Under the pieces are notes generated by a model that worked only from the letters and a program-made list of their open reading frames with translations, did no database searches and was not told the origin of the DNA. The translations under genes were made by a program, and so were the position numbers. This document shows positions 28,877-37,547 of a stretch of 64,000 nucleotides of DNA, piece by piece (the stretch's first letter is position 1; the number at the start of each line of letters is the position of its first letter). This stretch comes from Candidatus Nanoarchaeia archaeon (GTDB lineage Archaea > Nanobdellota > Nanobdellia > JAQUSD01), in assembly GCA_028715295.1 (NCBI GenBank), contig JAQUSD010000002.1:3385-67384 (forward strand). The letters are read 5' to 3'.

Positions 28877-30103
28877 TTACTTTGAAAATAATTTGCTAAA
28901 GAACTTAACCTCATTGATTTTTCCTGCTCCAATAAGTTGCACATAAAGCGAATTAAGCAGTGCGTTGTCCGGCTTTATATTGGTTTTTTGATAAAAATCA
29001 GCGAAAGTTAAAAGTATAAAATCCGCATCCAACTTTTCTTCAGCAATGCACCTTTTGAAGAACGCGTTACTAGTTTCAGCATCGGGTATGACTCCTGCAA
29101 ACTCAATAAACTCAATCATGTTGTAAGGACGTAAATAGGCCTCATAATAGGATTTGCCATTTCTCTCTATTGAACCGTATGCCTGCAGATGTAAATAATC
29201 AGATACTAATTCGTCTGAAGGGTTAACTTCAAGAACGTCTTTTATATGTCTAAGCGTACTGATTCTATTCTGGTATCCATAAAACCCTTCCCCAAGTGGC
29301 CTACACTCATATTTGTTATCCCCAAATCTGTAATTATCCTCAAATATAATACGCTCATATAGTTTCTGAATCGTGTTTTCACTTATTTTTGGTTTTTGTC
29401 TTGTCAGCTTCTTCATATCACTGATGTTTCTAAGTCTACCTTCTAAAGAAATACCAGAAAGTCCCCAAATGTAGGACAAATGGGCATCATATGCTTTCTG
29501 TATTGTTTCTTCGCTTGGATTTCTTCCGAAAAATTTCCTTAATTTTTCAAAGTTTTGAGCATTTATTTGTTTCCCTCCATTCTTCTTAAAAGAAAATGTT
29601 CTATCATTCTCCAAAGTATCATAAAATATCTCTTCAACAATTTTTTCATCAGGTTCCATGCCTGTAAATTTTCTTATTTCTCTTAATTTTTTGATGTCTA
29701 CCCCATCACGGCGACGCATTCTTGAATAACTTTTTTCTGCTATTTCTTCAAGTGGGAGTTCAATTTTTTTCCCAAGAAGTTTCATGTATTTTTTAGCGCT
29801 TTTAGTATTCCCAAAAAATGAAAGTTCATTGGTTATGCATTCGATTACGTTTGTTTCTAAATCTCCTGTGGGAAGATATTGCTTTGTGAATCTAGCAATC
29901 CTGAAAACTTGTTCAAAAGAGTAGGTTTTTTTAAATAGTTCATTGTAGGCGTTGAGTACAGCCTGTTCTGACATTTTGTTTCCTGTAAGTGTTTCCAGTT
30001 TTTTGATTTCCTTATACTTATCTTCCAGAAGAAGCTTAGTGTAACTTTCCTGCAATGTACTAACATCCATATTCCTAAAAATATCTTCACTACTCATAAT
30101 CAA
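28877..30103 (-). CDS. Hypothetical protein, 408 aa, no recognisable domain
   Basis: Long uninterrupted ORF with ordinary amino-acid composition and no motif recognised. Confidence 0.4.
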   Translation of the reverse strand: MIMSSEDIFRNMDVSTLQESYTKLLLEDKYKEIKKLETLTGNKMSEQAVLNAYNELFKKTYSFEQVFRIARFTKQYLPTGDLETNVIECITNELSFFGNTKSAKKYMKLLGKKIELPLEEIAEKSYSRMRRRDGVDIKKLREIRKFTGMEPDEKIVEEIFYDTLENDRTFSFKKNGGKQINAQNFEKLRKFFGRNPSEETIQKAYDAHLSYIWGLSGISLEGRLRNISDMKKLTRQKPKISENTIQKLYERIIFEDNYRFGDNKYECRPLGEGFYGYQNRISTLRHIKDVLEVNPSDELVSDYLHLQAYGSIERNGKSYYEAYLRPYNMIEFIEFAGVIPDAETSNAFFKRCIAEEKLDADFILLTFADFYQKTNIKPDNALLNSLYVQLIGAGKINEVKFFSKLFSK

Positions 30104-30275
30104 TTATACTTGGATAAAGTTTATAAAAATATGTTAAACTAAGCTGATAAACAGACGTTAAAAATCAGTATGGTAAGTTTCATATGCCCACATCCAAAAC
30201 CTTTTAAAAACATTGTGTTTTTAATATTAAACATAACAACGATAATAATAGAGTTAAGTTTATTGGTGAAGAAAA

Positions 30276-30566
30276 ATGGTTAAAAGAGCAAAAGGGGGAA
30301 GACAGAATACAAGACACAAGCTAAGCAAGAATTACAGAGAAAAGGGCAAAGTGTCAATAACAAAACATGTTCAGACATTTAATGTTGGAGACAAAGTGCT
30401 TATCAAGCCTGAACCTTCTGTACAGACAGGAATGCCTTTCAGAAGATTCTTTGGCAAAGTAGGCGTAATTATGGGAAAAAAAGGAAAGGCGTATGAAATT
30501 GAAGTGAAAGATTATAACATGAAAAAAACAATAATTTCACTTCCAGTGCATTTAGTTAAGAGGTGA
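30276..30566 (+). CDS. rpl21e: Ribosomal protein L21e
   Basis: 96 aa. 'MVKRAKGGRQNTRHKLSK...FNVGDKVLIKPEPSVQTGMPFRRFFGKVGVI'. Confidence 0.85.
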   Translation: MVKRAKGGRQNTRHKLSKNYREKGKVSITKHVQTFNVGDKVLIKPEPSVQTGMPFRRFFGKVGVIMGKKGKAYEIEVKDYNMKKTIISLPVHLVKR

Positions 30567-30573
30567 TACAAAA

Positions 30574-30906
30574 ATGACATCATTCGAAGTGTTAAATGAA
30601 AAACCAATACCTATTGTTGAGGTAAAAGGACTTATTGGAAAAAGAAAAGATTATACTTATGAGCAGAAGCTTGCTCTTGAGCATGCCAAGGAATTTTCAA
30701 AAATATCTGAAAAAAATGCAAAATCCTTGGGTGAAGAACTTGCGAAACTTGAAATAAGAAGGCTTAAAGACAAAGATATTGTAAAAATAATAGATATGAT
30801 GCCTAAAAGTGTAGATGAATTAAAAGTTATACTTTCAAGTTCAACAACACCAATGACAAAAGAAGAAATGACAAGCGTGATAGAAATTGTTAAGAAATAC
30901 ATATGA
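30574..30906 (+). CDS. rpoF: RNA polymerase subunit F (Rpo4)-like
   Basis: 110 aa. Occupies the conserved position between L21e and DUF655. Confidence 0.55.
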   Translation: MTSFEVLNEKPIPIVEVKGLIGKRKDYTYEQKLALEHAKEFSKISEKNAKSLGEELAKLEIRRLKDKDIVKIIDMMPKSVDELKVILSSSTTPMTKEEMTSVIEIVKKYI

Positions 30907-30935
30907 CTACAATAAAACTGTAAAAGTGATGAAAG

Positions 30936-31493
30936 ATGATGAAAAACTACACTGTTGTAAAAAGAGAAGATACTGGGGTAGTGTTAGATTTTCTTCCAAA
31001 TGGACATCCTTTTATGGAGAGAAGACAGCCTGTTGCTCAGGTGTTAGGTGAACAGTATTTTACTCTTCTTGAAGTTGTTCCTAAAGAAGGAATTTTTTTA
31101 ACACCTAATGAAATTGTTTATTTAGGCCCAGATAAAAGAGATAAAGTCCATCATATAATTGGAAAAATAGGTACTGAACAGCTTACTCAGACTGCTAAAT
31201 CAGAACTCCCTTTTATTATAGAGGATATTGTAAACAAAAACGAAAAGAAATATGTTGATTTTTTCAATAATGCAAGTCCTGTAAGTTCAAGATATCATGA
31301 AATTGAACTTCTCCCAGGAATTGGAAAGAAAAACATGTGGAAAATACTTGACGAAAGAAAAATAAAACCATTTGAGAGTTTTGAAGATATTAAAAAAAGA
31401 GTTGAACTTCTCCCAGACCCTAAGAAGTCAATAATTAAAAGGATAATACTGGAAATAGAGGGTGAAGACAAGTATAAGGTTTTCATAAAATGA
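30936..31493 (+). CDS. DUF655/COG1491 predicted RNA-binding protein
   Basis: 185 aa. Third member of the conserved L21e-RpoF-DUF655 triad. 'ELLPGIGKKNMWKILDER' is HhH-like. Confidence 0.65.
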   Translation: MMKNYTVVKREDTGVVLDFLPNGHPFMERRQPVAQVLGEQYFTLLEVVPKEGIFLTPNEIVYLGPDKRDKVHHIIGKIGTEQLTQTAKSELPFIIEDIVNKNEKKYVDFFNNASPVSSRYHEIELLPGIGKKNMWKILDERKIKPFESFEDIKKRVELLPDPKKSIIKRIILEIEGEDKYKVFIK

Positions 31494-31720
31494 CATCTCT
31501 TGAAAGCACTGGAAAAGCGATTCTTAGTTTTCTTACAGAACAGGGCAAATCAATTGCTGAAATTCTTGGGGTAAGTCTTAATGAATCCATGATTTTCATA
31601 TGGATAGGGATATTAATATTATTTCTTTTTGCATTTAATAAACTACAAACGGGATTCATAAAATGGAGCATAATAATTTTTATAATCCTGCTTCTGGTTT
31701 TCATGTTTTATGCTCAGTAG
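31490..31720 (+). CDS. Small membrane protein
   Basis: 76 aa with two hydrophobic helices. Confidence 0.3.
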   Translation: MTSLESTGKAILSFLTEQGKSIAEILGVSLNESMIFIWIGILILFLFAFNKLQTGFIKWSIIIFIILLLVFMFYAQ

Positions 31721-32196
31721 ATTCCTGCTTCAAGAGAAATATCTATTATGCCTGATTTTTTAACAGCTGAAATTTTCATCCTGCCTGTTTCTGAAAGAAA
31801 AGTTCCTGTGAGTGAAATGTCTTCTGAAGGAATGCTATGGTCTCTGCATTCTACATATATATCTCCTGTAATCCGGTTTGTTCTCTGCCATATGTTAACA
31901 CATATGCTGCTATTTCCAGAAAAAGCAACAGAATATTCGCTGTTATGAACCTTTTTAGGCATGTCTGCTGTAAAACTGACGGATGAAGAATAACCTGAAA
32001 GCCTAACACTGCTGTAAACATTTGTAAGCACATAATCCACCTGGGCAGTAATATCTCGTGAGTAATAATTATACGCCAGTTCCTCAACTCCTGGAAGCAA
32101 GATGTTTATATAAATAAATGAAAGAGCAATAAGCATTACCAGCCCCATTAAAAAAGAGAAAAACTCCCTGATAACAAAAACCTGAGCTTTTTTCAT
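31714..32196 (-). CDS. Hypothetical protein with an N-terminal hydrophobic segment (possible class-III/pilin-like signal)
   Basis: 160 aa. Begins 'MKKAQVFVIREFFSFLMGLVMLIALSFIY'. Confidence 0.3.
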   Translation of the reverse strand: MKKAQVFVIREFFSFLMGLVMLIALSFIYINILLPGVEELAYNYYSRDITAQVDYVLTNVYSSVRLSGYSSSVSFTADMPKKVHNSEYSVAFSGNSSICVNIWQRTNRITGDIYVECRDHSIPSEDISLTGTFLSETGRMKISAVKKSGIIDISLEAGIY

Positions 32197-32233
32197 AAGA
32201 GAAAATATTATTTTTGTATAATATAAAAGTTGT

Positions 32234-33316
32234 TTAAAGTCCTAATTTTTTTAGGATTTCTTTTTTGCTGAATGGTATTAAAGAATCATAGCTTTCCCCT
32301 GTTCCAAGAAAAAGTATTGGTTTTCCTGTTACATAAGCAACTGAAAGAATTGCACCTCCTTTTTCATCACAGTCTGCTTTTGATAGTATTGAGTAATTTA
32401 TATGTCCTGCTTCTCCAAATTTTTTTGCCTGCTCAACAGCATCATTTCCTGTCATAGAATCCCCTACAAATATGCTGTAATCAGGATTTGCAACACGTAT
32501 AATTTTCTTCAATTCATCCATGAGGTTTATATTTGTATGCGAACGTCCGGCAGTATCTATTAACACACAGTCAACAGCTCTTGATTTTGCATACTGAATT
32601 GCATCAAAAGCCACTGCTGCCGAATCTGCACCGTATTTGTGATGTATTAATTTAACTCCCAGTTTATTACAATGCCTTTCAAGCTGTTCTATTGAAGCTG
32701 CTCTGAATGTGTCCCCTCCAGCAACAACACATGAAAACTTGTTCTTTTTAAGCCAATGTGCAAATTTTGCAAGAGATGTTGTCTTGCCAACGCCATTAAC
32801 CCCAAGAAAAACAAAAACCACTGGCTTTTCTGATTTTTTAAGTTCTTTGACAAATTCATCCATATCCTTTTCAATTAGAACATCTTGGACTGATTTTTTA
32901 AGTGAGTTTACTATAAACTCTCTGAAATTTTTTCTTGAAACATAACCTTCCAAAAGTTCTTTTTTCAAAGTTTCTTTGATTTTCTCAATAACCTCATTTG
33001 CAACATTGTTTTCAAGAAGCATAAGTTCAAGCTCCCAAAGAACCCCATCAATGCCTTCTTCATCTATTTTTTTATGTGTTAATTTTTTAAAAAGTCCGAC
33101 TTTTTCTCTTAATTCCTTTTTTGGTTCTTCATCCTGTTTTGTCTTGATTTTTTCCAGCTTCTTTTCTTCTTTAACAGGCTTTTCTTTAGAAGTTTTTTCT
33201 TTTGGTTTCTTTAATGCAGGTTTTTCATCTTTTGGACTACCTTCAGACTCTTTCTTAAATTTCTTTGAAACACTTTCTGCAAAGCCTGCAAGTTTCTTTT
33301 TCAGCGAACCGAACAT
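32234..33316 (-). CDS. ftsY: SRP receptor FtsY
   Basis: 360 aa. 'FLGVNGVGKTTSLAKFA' P-loop, 'DTAGR' motif and an acidic/Lys-rich N-terminus. Confidence 0.9.
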   Translation of the reverse strand: MFGSLKKKLAGFAESVSKKFKKESEGSPKDEKPALKKPKEKTSKEKPVKEEKKLEKIKTKQDEEPKKELREKVGLFKKLTHKKIDEEGIDGVLWELELMLLENNVANEVIEKIKETLKKELLEGYVSRKNFREFIVNSLKKSVQDVLIEKDMDEFVKELKKSEKPVVFVFLGVNGVGKTTSLAKFAHWLKKNKFSCVVAGGDTFRAASIEQLERHCNKLGVKLIHHKYGADSAAVAFDAIQYAKSRAVDCVLIDTAGRSHTNINLMDELKKIIRVANPDYSIFVGDSMTGNDAVEQAKKFGEAGHINYSILSKADCDEKGGAILSVAYVTGKPILFLGTGESYDSLIPFSKKEILKKLGL

Positions 33317-33350
33317 TATACTAAAAGATAAGATGGTTTAATTAAAAAAG

Positions 33351-33755
33351 TTATTGAGGGTAAACTTCTTTTATGATTTTCTGAAGATGTGATTCAATTT
33401 CCCTTATTGAATTTTCTAAGATAGCCTGATTTTTACATATCATTTCAATCTGCTTGTCTATGATTTCTTTTGCGTCAGAAAGCTTTTTTCTTACAACAAC
33501 ACCGTTTCCAACATTTACAAAAACAGTCTTGTCGTCCTTTATTGAAGCATTCATAAAAACACCTGAACCAAGAGGCACCATTACACTCTCTTTTTCCTTG
33601 TTTTTTATTTCATCTATTGTCTGCTTCATCATCTCCATTTCAAGCTTTCTCTCTTCAAATTCGGCAATCTGCTGTTCAAAAGATTTTAACTCATTCTGAA
33701 GAAGCTGAAACTCGTACAATTTTTCCTGAACTTTTTCTTCATTTTTTGATGTCAT
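33351..33755 (-). CDS. pfdA: Prefoldin alpha subunit
   Basis: 134 aa coiled-coil protein with a central beta-hairpin region. Conserved neighbour of ftsY and LX. Confidence 0.7.
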   Translation of the reverse strand: MTSKNEEKVQEKLYEFQLLQNELKSFEQQIAEFEERKLEMEMMKQTIDEIKNKEKESVMVPLGSGVFMNASIKDDKTVFVNVGNGVVVRKKLSDAKEIIDKQIEMICKNQAILENSIREIESHLQKIIKEVYPQ

Positions 33756-33931
33756 TTTGCGAGTGAGATTTTTTCAATGTTTATAACATGTTTTCTTGTT
33801 TTGTGTTTTGAACCAATATTTGCTTTAACAAGATGGACTGCGTGAGTTTCAGAGTTAGCATTAACTTCTTTTGTGAATTTCTGCGTTCTTCCAGCCATTC
33901 TAAAGGTTCCTGTTACAATATATTCTGTCAT
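33752..33931 (-). CDS. rplX: Ribosomal protein LX (L18Ae), 59 aa (not in the ORF track)
   Basis: Own translation: MTEYIVTGTFRMAGRTQKFTKEVNANSETHAVHLVKANIGSKHKTRKHVINIEKISLAK. ATGA overlap with pfdA. Confidence 0.6.
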   Translation of the reverse strand: MTEYIVTGTFRMAGRTQKFTKEVNANSETHAVHLVKANIGSKHKTRKHVINIEKISLAK

Positions 33932-33933
33932 TT

Positions 33934-34332
33934 TTATTCACTTTTTGATTTTGAATTTTTTGCTGTTTTCTTAGGTTTTTCCTGATTTTCTTTAACTTCT
34001 TTTTGTTCTGACTTTGGTTCCTGCTGATTTTCTTCTTTTACTTCAGGTTTCTGCTTTGAGATATTAAAGAGTCCAACTTTTACTTTATCCTCTGTTTTTG
34101 AGGCAATAACTTTCAGTTTTGCAGGAGGTTTTTTTGAGCCTCTTGCCCAGATTAATTCATTAACATCTTTGTTTATATTCACATTTTCAGTTTTCATGTG
34201 TTTCTTTATGAAATCCCTTATTACAGTAATGCTTTTCTTGCTTCTTTTCCATTTAGGTGATTTAAGAAAGTTTTTCCTAAGAGGTATTGTGTATATCCTT
34301 TCAGTTGTTGGTTTTTTATCGTCTTTTGCCAT
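33934..34332 (-). CDS. rpl31e: Ribosomal protein L31e with a Lys/Glu-rich C-terminal tail
   Basis: 'TERIYTIPLRK...VIRDFIKKHM'. Confidence 0.8.
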   Translation of the reverse strand: MAKDDKKPTTERIYTIPLRKNFLKSPKWKRSKKSITVIRDFIKKHMKTENVNINKDVNELIWARGSKKPPAKLKVIASKTEDKVKVGLFNISKQKPEVKEENQQEPKSEQKEVKENQEKPKKTAKNSKSKSE

Positions 34333-34371
34333 TTTTATTCACTTTCTTAAATGTAATTTAACCAAATAGTA

Positions 34372-34542
34372 TTATGCATCCAGTTTATCATGTCTCCAAT
34401 TTCTTCTTTTGTGGGGATTTAGCCTCCACCTATAAGACCTTCTTTTTCCAAATTTTCTCAAAAGAGCCCAAAAAGGAGCTGCAACGCTTTCGTTGCCTGC
34501 TGCTGCGAGTCTTTTCTTTTTTCCAAGTAATTTATTTGACAT
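34372..34542 (-). CDS. rpl39e: Ribosomal protein L39e, 56 aa (not in the ORF track)
   Basis: Own translation: MSNKLLGKKKRLAAAGNESVAAPFWALLRKFGKRRSYRWRLNPHKRRNWRHDKLDA. Confidence 0.75.
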   Translation of the reverse strand: MSNKLLGKKKRLAAAGNESVAAPFWALLRKFGKRRSYRWRLNPHKRRNWRHDKLDA

Positions 34543-34552
34543 TTTGAAAACC

Positions 34553-34990
34553 TTATTGTTTTTTTTCTTTTAAAATTTCGGAAGCTGTCCTGTCAAGAAG
34601 CTGTTTTCCCTTGCCAGTGATAATTCTCCCTTTTAATTTCTGTGATTCTGACTTTTTGAGAAAGCCTGCTGATTCAAGCTGCTGAAGCATTTTCCTCAAA
34701 AGATTTCCTGATGATTTTTTAAAATGAGAAGGCTGGGAACCATTTCTTTTTTTACCACCATATTTAACCCTTAATCTCTGGACACCCATCGGGCTTGTGC
34801 AGTATATACTTCTCAAAACAGCTGCTGCTCTGACGTACCACCAGTCCTTCTGAACAGGAGGCCTCTGTCTGCTTGTTCCAGTCTTAACAAAATCAGCCCA
34901 AACCGGAGCTTTTATCTCATTTACATCTTTTAATTTCTCCTTAACTCTGTGTATAAGGGCTGTTGGGTTTACATCATACACTGTTGCCAT
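34553..34990 (-). CDS. rps19e: Ribosomal protein S19e
   Basis: 145 aa. 'MATVYDVNPTALIHRVKEKLKD...APVWADFVKTGTSRQRPP'. Confidence 0.85.
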   Translation of the reverse strand: MATVYDVNPTALIHRVKEKLKDVNEIKAPVWADFVKTGTSRQRPPVQKDWWYVRAAAVLRSIYCTSPMGVQRLRVKYGGKKRNGSQPSHFKKSSGNLLRKMLQQLESAGFLKKSESQKLKGRIITGKGKQLLDRTASEILKEKKQ

Positions 34991-35025
34991 TATCTTTCAC
35001 TTATTAATGATATTCTTTTTAAACT

Positions 35026-35328
35026 TTACTCTTTATGTTTTGTGATTTTGTATCTTGAAATATTATTGCAAACCTTACAAGTTTGAACAATATTTGAGCA
35101 TGATATACGCACTCTTGTATTCTTTCCGTGCTTTAAATAATTTCCGCATTTTCTGCAGAATTTTTTTTTGTGATCTGCAAGCGAAACTTTAGCCTTCATC
35201 CCTATTTTCCGTGCAATTTCCACATATCTTTTTGAACGTTCAGGATGCTTTTCAAACTCATTATCTGCAAGTCTGAACAGCAATGCTATTCTTTCCTCTG
35301 CTATTTTCTTAATATTGTCTTTATGCAT
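35026..35328 (-). CDS. RNase P protein subunit Rpp21 (Rpr2-type zinc ribbon)
   Basis: 'RSKRYVEIARKIGMKAKVSL...KKKFCRKCGNYL...C..C'. Start placed at the internal Met (MHKDNIKK). Confidence 0.6.
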   Translation of the reverse strand: MHKDNIKKIAEERIALLFRLADNEFEKHPERSKRYVEIARKIGMKAKVSLADHKKKFCRKCGNYLKHGKNTRVRISCSNIVQTCKVCNNISRYKITKHKE

Positions 35329-35411
35329 TATTAAACCATATACAAAATGCGTTAATTTAAGCTTTTTCGCAAGTTTTTTAAAATAGAAAATCATAATGAA
35401 AATTGATTAAA

Positions 35412-35576
35412 ATGGATTTGATTGTAAAAAGTAAAGTAAAAGAATACCTTAAGAAAAAAGGTAAAAGAACATCTCTTGAAGCTATTGAAGCATTAAACAG
35501 AGAAGTACTTCTTCTCTGCGACAAAGCTGCTAAAAGAGCAAAAGATGTTGGAACAATTAAAGAAAGACACGTATAA
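35412..35576 (+). CDS. Short histone-fold-like protein, 54 aa (not in the ORF track)
   Basis: Own translation: MDLIVKSKVKEYLKKKGKRTSLEAIEALNREVLLLCDKAAKRAKDVGTIKERHV. Paralog of the next ORF. Confidence 0.4.
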   Translation: MDLIVKSKVKEYLKKKGKRTSLEAIEALNREVLLLCDKAAKRAKDVGTIKERHV

Positions 35577-35654
35577 AAAATGTTCCTGAAGTTTGTTTTA
35601 TTTTTTTATTAATTTTCGATAAATAATTAAATAACTTAATTGTTATATTCTGTC

Positions 35655-35825
35655 ATGACAAAATCACTTGTTGTAAAAAGTTTTGTCAGGAAAATAGCTG
35701 GCAGAAAAAGAGTTTCTTCAGGTTTTTATATAGCTCTTGAAAAAAAGGTGGAGGAGCTAATAAAAGAAGCTTCTGAAAGAGCAGACGGAAACAAAAGAAA
35801 TACACTTATGGAACACGACATTTAA
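35655..35825 (+). CDS. Short histone-fold-like protein (paralog)
   Basis: '..VVKSFVRKIAGRKRVSSGFYIALEKKVEELIKEASERADGNKRNTLMEHDI'. The 'RNTLMEHDI' ending resembles the histone RKTIKAEDI loop/helix. Confidence 0.4.
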   Translation: MTKSLVVKSFVRKIAGRKRVSSGFYIALEKKVEELIKEASERADGNKRNTLMEHDI

Positions 35826-35931
35826 TCTTTTATTATTGGTTTTGGTTTATTGTTTCTATCCACAGAAAACTTTATAAAGAACTTAATTCTCAACAAAAAG
35901 ACGCACAATGCACATAAATACTTACGCGGAA

Positions 35932-36192
35932 ATGGCAAGTAGCAGAGAAGTAGCGATACTCATATCTAAAGAGTGTCCTTACAGCCCAAAGGCTATTGAA
36001 CTCCTTAAAGATATTACAAAGAAAAACAGGGATGTTATATGGAGGACTGTTGAAGCAACTTCTGTTGAAGGAAGACAGATAATAAGGAGATTTGGAATTG
36101 ATGCTGTTCCTGCTTTTATTATAAATGGAAAGCTTGGTTATGTAGGGCTTCCTACAAAACAAGAACTAGAAGTTAAAATAAAAGACAGGTAA
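35932..36192 (+). CDS. Thioredoxin-fold protein (monothiol CPYS, glutaredoxin-like)
   Basis: 'KECPYSPKA' active-site-like motif and a 'VPAFIINGK' C-terminal beta strand. Confidence 0.5.
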   Translation: MASSREVAILISKECPYSPKAIELLKDITKKNRDVIWRTVEATSVEGRQIIRRFGIDAVPAFIINGKLGYVGLPTKQELEVKIKDR

Positions 36193-37035
36193 TTATTTAT
36201 CAGACAAGGTTTCTATTAAATCCATCATAGTTTCTAAGTTTCTTTTCTTATGTACAAGCTGTACCTTTACATCTTTATATGTATCCTCTGTTATTTCTTT
36301 TTTAAGAAGTCTTTTATCAAGAAGTTCAAGTTGTGATTGCGATTCTCTGAGTGCTTTTATTACTTTTTCTTCAGCAGTGTCTTTTTTAACAACAGTTATT
36401 TTTTCTTCTTTCTTTTTGTTGAGTTTTATGTATTTTCTTGCTATAACCTGATAAATCTCATTTAAATCATCATCAAGGAGTTTTATTGCTTCCTTGTCTT
36501 TTTTAGCAGTATCCCCTGCGATTACAACCCTTATATCTGCTTTTGATTCTTCTACATTGTATATGCCTGATATTTTAACCCAGAGCATTAAATCTATTTT
36601 ATCTTTTACAAGATAGGTGATGAAGCTTAGTATTAAAAAAACTGTTCCTCCAAGGTAAAAAAAGTCTGGGTAAGGAACTGAAGCCTTAAATAAAAGAACT
36701 AAAAGGAACAACAGTGCTCCAAAACCAGCAAAAAATTTCCATAAAAATGAATGCTTGACTCCTTTTTCATGGCTTTTAACACCTTTTATTATTGACTGAA
36801 GAGGTTTTAACTTACCTCCCTTAAATATCCCTTCAACACCAACGTCTTCAAAATCTGTTAATTTATTGATATTAATGCTGTAGTCAGCATCATCAAGAAG
36901 TTCGGCTGTAAAAGCCCTCATCTCTTCAGGGTCACCTGTTGTTATATACAAATCATAAAAAACATGTTTATGTTTAAGCTTGTCTGACTTAAACTCGTCT
37001 TCATATTTCTCAATAGTTGATTTTTTGTCAAACAT
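36193..37035 (-). CDS. Hypothetical membrane protein with a SHOCT-like C-terminal motif
   Basis: 280 aa. Central hydrophobic segments 'FGALLFLLVLLF...GGTVFLILSFITYLV'. C-terminal 'LLDKRLLKKEITEDTYKDVKVQL'. Confidence 0.35.
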   Translation of the reverse strand: MFDKKSTIEKYEDEFKSDKLKHKHVFYDLYITTGDPEEMRAFTAELLDDADYSININKLTDFEDVGVEGIFKGGKLKPLQSIIKGVKSHEKGVKHSFLWKFFAGFGALLFLLVLLFKASVPYPDFFYLGGTVFLILSFITYLVKDKIDLMLWVKISGIYNVEESKADIRVVIAGDTAKKDKEAIKLLDDDLNEIYQVIARKYIKLNKKKEEKITVVKKDTAEEKVIKALRESQSQLELLDKRLLKKEITEDTYKDVKVQLVHKKRNLETMMDLIETLSDK

Positions 37036-37085
37036 AGACTTTCCAAATAATAGTAAAACATATCAGTAAATAAAGCTTATCCTTT

Positions 37086-37547
37086 TTAGAAAATTTTTGG
37101 TTTATACTTTCTGAATTTGTACAGGTTATGCTCAATGTAGTGTTTTGTGCCGCTTATGTAGTTGCTTATCTCCTTATAACAATCCATCCTCAACAAGTCA
37201 TCAGCGTCCTGCCTGTTTATTTCACGGCTGTATTTTGTTATTTCTTTAAGATTAGATGTTATAACTGATATGTAAGCCCCTATATCCGCACACAAAGAGT
37301 CTCCTTCAGTATATAAAAGGCTAACTTTATTTTTTAAAGAATTAAGGTTTTGAAGAAGTTCATAGAAAGCTGAATCCTTTTTGCTTTTAAGACAGTCTTC
37401 AACACAAGTTATTACTGCATCAGCAATATCTTCCCTGCCAGTTCTTTTAAGTTCAGGTAGCCATGCCTTGTTTATTTCAAGAGCGTTTTCCCTGTTACCT
37501 GCATCATCTTTCTTTTTCCTTAAGTTTTCAAAAAGTTCATTGTTCAT
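37086..37547 (-). CDS. Hypothetical protein
   Basis: 153 aa. Overlaps the upstream radical-SAM gene by 4 nt, so the two are probably an operon. Confidence 0.3.
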   Translation of the reverse strand: MNNELFENLRKKKDDAGNRENALEINKAWLPELKRTGREDIADAVITCVEDCLKSKKDSAFYELLQNLNSLKNKVSLLYTEGDSLCADIGAYISVITSNLKEITKYSREINRQDADDLLRMDCYKEISNYISGTKHYIEHNLYKFRKYKPKIF

